From the IMG/VR virus record IMGVR_UViG_3300010236_000012, positions 1 through 29,467 of that record: a stretch of 29,467 nt of DNA. One strand, given 5' to 3'. Of the stretch, positions 17,392 through 23,836 are shown in pieces. Each line of letters starts with the position of its first letter. Position 1 is the first letter of the stretch. A program made the translations under genes and the position numbers. The DNA is from a virus (Duplodnaviria > Caudoviricetes). The notes under the pieces are model-generated. The model had not been told where the DNA came from. It saw only the letters and a program-made list of their open reading frames with translations, and searched no databases.

Positions 17392-17550
17392 ATGAAATTA
17401 ACAATCACATATCCAATGACCAAAAAGAAAATGCAAGCTGTACTTAAATCTTGTGCTGATGCACTTAGGAGAAAAGGTTATAAGGTTGAGCCTGATTATA
17501 TCAAAGGAACAATGTTTGTAAGGGAAGCAGATGGAGAGAATAGACTATAA
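17392..17550 (+). CDS. Small hypothetical protein (52 aa)
   Basis: AAGGA SD; MKLTITYPMTKKKM... Confidence 0.55.
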   Translation: MKLTITYPMTKKKMQAVLKSCADALRRKGYKVEPDYIKGTMFVREADGENRL

Positions 17551-17755
17551 CATATATCAAAACAGAAGAACGTCCAGACTTGCTTGGATTATCCTTCTAA
17601 TCTTATTGTTTGTCTTTATCCCAATTAAGACAAATGATAAGGCTAGAATGATAGTTATACATCAAGGGAATAGTTGGATAGAGCAAGTCAATAAATATAA
17701 CAGTTATTTATACAAAGGAAAATCAAAGGTAGTGAGAATTTCTTACCTTTACTGA
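17531..17755 (+). CDS. Small single-pass membrane protein
   Basis: Hydrophobic segment LAWIILLILLFVFIPI. Confidence 0.55.
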   Translation: MERIDYNIYQNRRTSRLAWIILLILLFVFIPIKTNDKARMIVIHQGNSWIEQVNKYNSYLYKGKSKVVRISYLY

Positions 17756-17945
17756 TCGAGGGATTGAGCAGATAGGACTTGACCGTTACTGTCGCATAGA
17801 CAGAAGTTAATCTGCAAAACGAAACGGGCCAAAGAGGAACGGATGTTATCCCAGGCGTGCTCGAACAGAAAGCCTCTAGGGGGAGTGTTTAACGGCACTC
17901 TCCCGAAATATTAGCAACCCACCGGCAGGGCGTAATGCCGAAAAA
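17756..17945 (+). ncRNA. Candidate structured non-coding RNA or leader
   Basis: GC-richer, ORF-free ~190-nt gap with several stems (see findings). Confidence 0.4.
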
Positions 17946-17965
17946 ATACACGGAGGAATAGATTT

Positions 17966-18121
17966 ATGCCAGAAATGACTTGGGGAGAATTTAAAGCGGA
18001 AATGGAGAGTAATGGAGTAACTGACGATTGCGAACTCAATGCGATTGAATTTAACAAAGACGACGAGAAAATGCTTGTAATGCGCAATGACGAAGGGGAG
18101 GTTGAAGTCTATTCCGAATAG
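17966..18121 (+). CDS. Small acidic protein (51 aa)
   Basis: GGAGG SD; MPEMTWGEFKAEMESNGVTDD... Confidence 0.65.
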   Translation: MPEMTWGEFKAEMESNGVTDDCELNAIEFNKDDEKMLVMRNDEGEVEVYSE

Positions 18122-18129
18122 GAGTGGTA

Positions 18130-18228
18130 ATGAAAATCAAGTACATGATTGTCATTCTTGAACCGGAAGATGAAGAAAAACCAAAGAAGAAAAGAGTTTA
18201 CAAGCGGAGGAAGAAAGAAAAAAAATAA
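18130..18228 (+). CDS. Lys-rich peptide (32 aa)
   Basis: AGGAG SD; MKIKYMIVILEPEDEEKPKKKRVYKRRKKEKK. Confidence 0.5.
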   Translation: MKIKYMIVILEPEDEEKPKKKRVYKRRKKEKK

Positions 18229-18341
18229 GTGACCGTCTTGGGGGCTGTACTAAATCTTTTTCAAGAAGATGAATACATAGCCCATGTTGTCAGCCCCCAA
18301 GTTTTTACCCACACACACTACATCTGAAAGGGAGACTGAAA

Positions 18342-18725
18342 ATGAAAGATCAAGCTGTTTCTGAACTCGTTGACTACACTTTCGATCATGTAAGACAATT
18401 CCTTTACAATGTTGAATGCGACAAGAATGAATTACCAACTTCAGAAGAAATCGAAAAGCTTTGCTGTGAATTGTATACAAAACTTTGTCACCAAGTTGGT
18501 GCTTTAACCGATGAAGATATAAAATACATAAATGAATGTCCTACCAGTAGATGTTTTATTGTATGTGCAACTGCTGAGGACAGAGATACAGAAGTAAACA
18601 TAGTTATAAAGTCAATTGAAGAAGAATATCCAGACACGGAGGCGACAGATGGCCAGATCGCACGAGTTCAAAATTCGGAATCCCAACTTCATTTGTTCCA
18701 AGATGCAGCTAAGAGACATAAATAA
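18342..18725 (+). CDS. Hypothetical acidic protein
   Basis: GGGAG SD; 127 aa. Confidence 0.7.
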   Translation: MKDQAVSELVDYTFDHVRQFLYNVECDKNELPTSEEIEKLCCELYTKLCHQVGALTDEDIKYINECPTSRCFIVCATAEDRDTEVNIVIKSIEEEYPDTEATDGQIARVQNSESQLHLFQDAAKRHK

Positions 18726-19080
18726 TGCTTTTGTTGTATCTGGATCAGTATTGGATTATACATATTCGGTACTGATTGAAGGTGGTTATGTAAGGAAAAT
18801 TGGTGGAAGGTTTTATGAGCCAACTGAAAAGTTGTTAGATGAAGCGTTCTTGCCTAATATTTTGGTGCTTGACGAACATCAAAGAAGATATTTAAGTATG
18901 AATCAATGCTTTTATCGTCACGATTTGGTTAAGTGTTTGGATGACAATGATCAAATAGTGAAAGCATTGATTAAAAAAGGATATTTGAAACTTGATACTG
19001 ATAAACGATACAAGAAATCAGACGACTTCAACAACATATTAGCTGACGGTGGCGACACAATAAACTTGAAGGGAGAATGA
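18649..19080 (+). CDS. Hypothetical protein, possibly tandem winged-helix-like
   Basis: ATG 18649 with GGAGG SD; twice-occurring LI..GY motif (LIEGGYV, LIKKGYL). Confidence 0.65.
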   Translation: MARSHEFKIRNPNFICSKMQLRDINNAFVVSGSVLDYTYSVLIEGGYVRKIGGRFYEPTEKLLDEAFLPNILVLDEHQRRYLSMNQCFYRHDLVKCLDDNDQIVKALIKKGYLKLDTDKRYKKSDDFNNILADGGDTINLKGE

Positions 19081-19451
19081 CAATGAAAAAACTTTATGAA
19101 ATTAAAAACAGATTTAATGGTGAAATTATATTTTCTATTGAAACAACTTCGATAAAAATTGCTGTAAAAAAAGCAATTGATTCAGGGGCCGATCTGTCAT
19201 GGGCCAATCTGTCAGGGGCCAATCTGTCAGGGGCCAATCTTGATTTTTCAACAGGGTTTACTTTCCGTTGTTCATGTTTTAATATAAAAGCTGAACTTAG
19301 ACTTGCTGCGCAGCTTGCTTATCATTTTTGTCGTTTTGATTTTTCAGAATGCAAAGAAGCACAAGAAGCACAAAAAGCACTTCAAGATTTAGCAAACAAA
19401 TTTCATAGAGTTGAAGAATGTGGTAAGATTGAGTTCAAGGAGGAAAAATGA
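19077..19451 (+). CDS. Pentapeptide-repeat protein
   Basis: A[D/N]LxG repeats (GADLSWANLSGANLSGANL); typical phage N-terminus EIKNRFNGEIIF. Confidence 0.85.
   Translation: MTMKKLYEIKNRFNGEIIFSIETTSIKIAVKKAIDSGADLSWANLSGANLSGANLDFSTGFTFRCSCFNIKAELRLAAQLAYHFCRFDFSECKEAQEAQKALQDLANKFHRVEECGKIEFKEEK
19182..19241 (+). repeat. 4 x 15-bp tandem repeat
   Basis: TCAGGGGCCAATCTG units with at most 1 mismatch each, encoding the pentapeptides. Confidence 0.9.
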
Positions 19452-19882
19452 AACGATACAGAGGGATAATAAGATTTCTCGGTGACACTTACACATACTG
19501 GACGTATGCCAGAGGATTAAATGCGGCATATTATAACTGTATTCACAAACTTTCAAAAGAAACTGGATACAAAGATAAATTTTTATTTGAATGTATTAAT
19601 ATGAAAATGTGTGATATTCATGAAGTTCCGGTCAAAAAAGAAGTGAGGATACCTGGAATGAAATATCTTGGTGAGGCTAGTTACGAAATCAAAGAGATAA
19701 AAATCGTTGATTTTGCAATTGATTCTTTTTCTGTTATAGTTGACAAAACTGGAATTATTTTTGAAGTGAAACCGATAGCGGGAGTTAGCGACAATGAAAA
19801 AGATAATCGGTCTGATGACAGACGCGCCAGATTACAATCTTGCTTTGATGAAATTATCCGCATTTCACAAGAGTCAAGGTGA
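19448..19882 (+). CDS. Hypothetical protein
   Basis: AGGAGG SD, ATGA coupling. Confidence 0.7.
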   Translation: MKRYRGIIRFLGDTYTYWTYARGLNAAYYNCIHKLSKETGYKDKFLFECINMKMCDIHEVPVKKEVRIPGMKYLGEASYEIKEIKIVDFAIDSFSVIVDKTGIIFEVKPIAGVSDNEKDNRSDDRRARLQSCFDEIIRISQESR

Positions 19883-20723
19883 TGAAGTTCATCTAAATGA
19901 TACGCTGAAACAATATGACTATGTTTATGCAAGTGTATTGTTTGATCACAACAAGAACAACGGCAGGTTTGCAACTGCTAATGAGTGTGGAGGGCCACAA
20001 TATCCTGATGTTAATTTACCTCCACATATTGAAAGAATTAAACCTGATTATGATTTGTATAAAAAGAATGATTTCAGCATTGGATATACGTTCAGACCGT
20101 GTTACCGTAGGTGTGAGTTTTGCTTAACTAAAACATTTAAGCAACCTGATAAGCGTCACCATAGTATATGGGAGTTCCACGATAAAAGGTTTAAGAAAAT
20201 TTGTTTGATGAATAATAATACCTTTATGGACCCATTTTGGAAAGACACTTTTGAGGAAATTTGGAAAGAGAATTTAATACTTAAGGAACACGGTCTGGAT
20301 ATTAGATTATTAGATGCTGAAAAAGCAGAGGCAATAAAGAAAACAAAGTTTGACGGACGTTACCATTTTGCTTGGGACAGAATGAAGGACGAACAGCTTA
20401 TTCTTCGTGGATTGCAGTTTGCAAAAGAGTATGACATAAAGGCACGGTTCTATGTTTTAGCAGGATATAATACAACATGGAAGGAAGATTTGTACCGTTG
20501 TCAAATCCTGATAAATTATGATCACGTTCCATATATTATGCCATATACGGACAACCCTACAGTAAAGGCCATGAAAAATTTCATTAACAGTCCAGGCAAT
20601 TGGTGGAATTACAAGGATGATATAACGAAAGGATGGGATGATTTTATAAAAGGACAAACTAAATCGAAGAAGAAAGAGAAAGCGAAATCTGATGCTGACG
20701 AACAACAAGCTGGCCTGTTTTGA
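19794..20723 (+). CDS. Radical SAM protein (phage-associated NLALMKLS family)
   Basis: CYRRCEFC (CxxxCxxC), N-terminal YNLALMKLSAFHK.QGD.V, GGP, GLDIRL, FAWD and YVLAGY motifs. Confidence 0.88.
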   Translation: MKKIIGLMTDAPDYNLALMKLSAFHKSQGDEVHLNDTLKQYDYVYASVLFDHNKNNGRFATANECGGPQYPDVNLPPHIERIKPDYDLYKKNDFSIGYTFRPCYRRCEFCLTKTFKQPDKRHHSIWEFHDKRFKKICLMNNNTFMDPFWKDTFEEIWKENLILKEHGLDIRLLDAEKAEAIKKTKFDGRYHFAWDRMKDEQLILRGLQFAKEYDIKARFYVLAGYNTTWKEDLYRCQILINYDHVPYIMPYTDNPTVKAMKNFINSPGNWWNYKDDITKGWDDFIKGQTKSKKKEKAKSDADEQQAGLF

Positions 20724-20819
20724 ATGTCCACATCCAGAAATACAGACTATTCCAGTTTATAATTGGAATAATAAACTAATAACCATTTGGCAACGCTGTA
20801 CTTATTGCGGGAGATACTT

Positions 20820-21788
20820 ATGGCAAGAAGAACTAGATCAATTACCAGACCAATATCTTACAAAACCATAGATATTCATCAACATGATATTGCAAATTTT
20901 ATGACTTGTCCGTTTAAGTATTATATGCAATCTGTTTTAAAGTATTCCAAACGGAAAAGAAATAAAAATATCAACATTGGTGATTGTGTAGCTAAGAGTG
21001 TTTATTGGTTGCATAAAGGTGAGCCTCTTGAGTTTTGTCTTGCATACATCGAAAAACTGCAAGAAGAAAAGACTCTGCTTGTTACAAAACAAGAAGAAGT
21101 TGATGATCTTTTAACCCAAGGTGTTCTTGCTCAAGGTTTAATTACCGGATACAATGAAATGTATTTGAATAGAGCAAGTCATGTTGTTGAAATCTTACCA
21201 GAGTTCCATACGAAAATGGAATTTATTAAGATGGGATACAAGATTATAATAACTTGCAGACTTGATGGGCTGGCCACTGATATGTGGGGTGGAATCAATA
21301 TTCTTGAACTTAAAACAACAGCACAAATAAACAAGAATATGATACTGTCCCTACCTGTTGATTTCCAGATAAACACATATTGGTTGTCATTATTAATGGG
21401 TAAGGTAAATCCTAAAGGTGTGCTGTATAGATGGATGAAAAAGACCGGCATTAGGTTGAAAAAGAAACAAACTCTGGAACAGTATAGACAAGAAATACTT
21501 ACTCTTTACAGTAAAGAGCCTGAGAACCTATTTATTCAGCAAGCACCGGAGTTTAAGCCGGAAGCAATTGAAAGATTTAAACCAAACTTTGATAAAATAT
21601 TAGAAGATTTGGTATGGTGTCATGTTCAAAATAAATTTGTACAAAGGGGGGTGAATTGTCTCGGAAAATTTTCTCCATGTAGTATGTTAGAATACTGTAG
21701 TAATCCGACATCAGAAACATTAAACACTTACTATGAGGTTAAACAAGAACAAACAGAAGAAAAAGAGGACGATGATGAAGCCGCTTGA
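20820..21788 (+). CDS. PD-(D/E)XK Cas4/RecB-like exonuclease
   Basis: RLDG...ELKT, QxxxY (FQINTY), N-terminal CP plus C-terminal C..C..C possible Fe-S ligands; ATG 20820. Confidence 0.85.
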   Translation: MARRTRSITRPISYKTIDIHQHDIANFMTCPFKYYMQSVLKYSKRKRNKNINIGDCVAKSVYWLHKGEPLEFCLAYIEKLQEEKTLLVTKQEEVDDLLTQGVLAQGLITGYNEMYLNRASHVVEILPEFHTKMEFIKMGYKIIITCRLDGLATDMWGGINILELKTTAQINKNMILSLPVDFQINTYWLSLLMGKVNPKGVLYRWMKKTGIRLKKKQTLEQYRQEILTLYSKEPENLFIQQAPEFKPEAIERFKPNFDKILEDLVWCHVQNKFVQRGVNCLGKFSPCSMLEYCSNPTSETLNTYYEVKQEQTEEKEDDDEAA

Positions 21789-22101
21789 TTATGAAGAAGT
21801 GATTGAACGCATATTCAAAATACTTGCGCAGAATCCAAGACTTAAATTGCCTACACCAGACGCTGTACATTTAAGACACGATCATAAAGCATATGGGAGG
21901 GCAAACACTAAACAGATTTGGATTAGTTTGGATTTAACAGGTGAACCATCAATAGAAAATACCAATTTTATAAACACTTTGGTACATGAAGTGGTTCACT
22001 ACAATGGTATTATGGATCACTCACATAAGTTCTATGAAGCGTTCAACCTTCTTTATGAAAGAGTTTTATCTGTGCTTAGACTACAAGGAGTAAACGTATG
22101 A
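21772..22101 (+). CDS. SprT/YgjP-like zincin metalloprotease
   Basis: LVHEVVH......H...F motif. Confidence 0.75.
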   Translation: MMKPLDYEEVIERIFKILAQNPRLKLPTPDAVHLRHDHKAYGRANTKQIWISLDLTGEPSIENTNFINTLVHEVVHYNGIMDHSHKFYEAFNLLYERVLSVLRLQGVNV

Positions 22102-22271
22102 GCAAATACTGTGAGTTTGAAATGCACGGTGTAAACTTCAAAGATTCCTCATTTGATGAAGGAAGAATTTACTTGGACATTACAAACCAATACGGACATA
22201 CAGTTTGCTTGAAATTTGACGACAAAGAAACAATACAACAACTAATTGAAGAATTGGAGGGATGGATATGA
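22098..22271 (+). CDS. Small hypothetical protein (57 aa)
   Basis: AAGGAG SD; ATGA overlaps at both ends. Confidence 0.6.
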   Translation: MSKYCEFEMHGVNFKDSSFDEGRIYLDITNQYGHTVCLKFDDKETIQQLIEELEGWI

Positions 22272-22990
22272 GCTTACCAACTGAAAAAACAAAGCCAAAA
22301 CTCAACTTGATGGATCACGTTATATTTCTTTACGGTATTCCAAAGATAGGTAAGAGTACACTCGTTTCTGAAATAGACGATGTGCTTTTCTTTAACACCG
22401 GCGGTGGCCTTGATGCTCTGGAGTGTTATCAGAAATCTATATCTGATTGGTTTACGTTTCTGGAAACATGCGCAGAGTTTGTGAAGGGGGAACACAAATT
22501 CAAGGTTGCCGCCATTGATACAGTAGATAGATTACATAAACAATGCGTTGCTTATCTTATGGAAAAACACAAAGTACAGCATCCGTCTGATCTTGAGTGG
22601 GGTAAGGGTTACGATATGGTAAAGGATGAGTTTATGCGTCCTTTGACAAAACTTGCCCTCAGTCCCTATGGTCTTGTTCTTATTTCACATGTTGATGAGC
22701 GTGAAGTTAAAACAAGAACTGCAACCATAACCAGAAGCGTTCCTACGTTACAGGGATATATATGGAACATGATTGACGGACTGACCGGAATTATCATGTT
22801 TATGACTGCTATTCAAGACAAGGATGGATATAGACGAATTATAAGAACAACTCCTAACGAAACTTATATAGCGGGAGACAGAACGAAAAGACTTGCATCC
22901 TATGGTGACATTGAAATCCTCAAAGACCAACCTAACTGGAAACGTATTGAGGAAGTGTTTAACAAATACGGGAAAGGAGAAACGAAATGA
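22262..22990 (+). CDS. AAA_24 / Sak4-like recombination ATPase
   Basis: Walker A YGIPKIGKST, Walker B AIDT, LISH; between exonuclease and SSB. Confidence 0.85.
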   Translation: MDMSLPTEKTKPKLNLMDHVIFLYGIPKIGKSTLVSEIDDVLFFNTGGGLDALECYQKSISDWFTFLETCAEFVKGEHKFKVAAIDTVDRLHKQCVAYLMEKHKVQHPSDLEWGKGYDMVKDEFMRPLTKLALSPYGLVLISHVDEREVKTRTATITRSVPTLQGYIWNMIDGLTGIIMFMTAIQDKDGYRRIIRTTPNETYIAGDRTKRLASYGDIEILKDQPNWKRIEEVFNKYGKGETK

Positions 22991-23448
22991 CAGAAGCGGT
23001 TGATGGATTTTTAGATCACATTTCAGGCGAACACGACCCCGGACAAGTGGAAGATGCTGGAGGTATGCCACCAGATGCCACCTATCAATGCAGACTTGAC
23101 AAAATTTACTTCAAAGAAATGAAGGACGGAAAGATTAAATGCGTTATGGAATTTGAAGTTATGAACGGTAAGTATGCTCACCGTACTATCTTCAAATGGT
23201 GTAATATGGACAACGTACAGAATCTTGACTGGCTTACAAGAGATTTGCGTATGTTGGGTGTTCCGGTAAACTTCAAATGGAACAGTGTCCAGAAAGAACA
23301 TTTTAGCAATCTTTTAGACAAGCCTTTCGAGATTGAAGTTAAAACCAAAGGTGAATTTACAAACGTGTATATCAAAAAGGCATTGAAAGCTGATGAGGTT
23401 TTCATCGGCCAAGGTTTAAAAAACGGTGAAAAGGATGTACCATTCTAA
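22987..23448 (+). CDS. Putative ssDNA-binding protein (DUF669-like)
   Basis: P..TY, G.YA.R.IF motifs, C-terminal DVPF tail; follows the Sak4-like gene. Confidence 0.75.
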   Translation: MTEAVDGFLDHISGEHDPGQVEDAGGMPPDATYQCRLDKIYFKEMKDGKIKCVMEFEVMNGKYAHRTIFKWCNMDNVQNLDWLTRDLRMLGVPVNFKWNSVQKEHFSNLLDKPFEIEVKTKGEFTNVYIKKALKADEVFIGQGLKNGEKDVPF

Positions 23449-23663
23449 TGGCTAAAGAAGCAGAAAAACCAAACGAAGATTCTGTTGATTTAATGGAAAG
23501 GATAAGACGACTTGAGTTGTCTATGGATGGTTTTTGTCCTAACTGTTTCCAACGTGTTGCTGGATGGGAAAGACCATTAAATAAAACAACTATAGATCAA
23601 CTTGGCGCTATGGGTATTGATCATTTAACTGGACATAAGAAGAATTGTGGGATGAAACCGTAA
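23448..23663 (+). CDS. Small hypothetical protein (CPNC...H...C)
   Basis: TAATG coupling. Confidence 0.65.
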   Translation: MAKEAEKPNEDSVDLMERIRRLELSMDGFCPNCFQRVAGWERPLNKTTIDQLGAMGIDHLTGHKKNCGMKP

Positions 23664-23669
23664 GCATCA

Positions 23670-23810
23670 TACTAGCATTATTTGCTATGTAATGGAAGAC
23701 CAAATCCATTGGACGGAACCCCTCATCTACATGCATTGAGGCCGTTCAGAACTGGCATGTAGAACGAACGACGGTTACCAAGTCGTGACAGCCTGGAGAG
23801 ACAGGCAACC
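23670..23810 (+). ncRNA. Candidate structured RNA with C4-antisense-like 3' module
   Basis: Five consecutive hairpins ending in GTGACAGCCTGGAGAGACAGGC. Confidence 0.45.
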
Positions 23811-23836
23811 AAAATTTTATCAGGAAAGGTTCGCTT

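Noticed and set aside
17752-17870. Hammerhead ribozyme or c-di-GMP-I riboswitch
   Set aside because: CTGATCGA and GCAAA..GAAA..CAAAG resemble the cores only loosely, and the required stems cannot be formed
19182-19241. 15-bp repeats as a mini-CRISPR or DGR element
   Set aside because: No spacers and no reverse transcriptase; explained by pentapeptide coding
20820-21788. Cas4-like gene as part of a CRISPR-Cas system
   Set aside because: No repeat-spacer array or other cas genes; context is a phage recombination module
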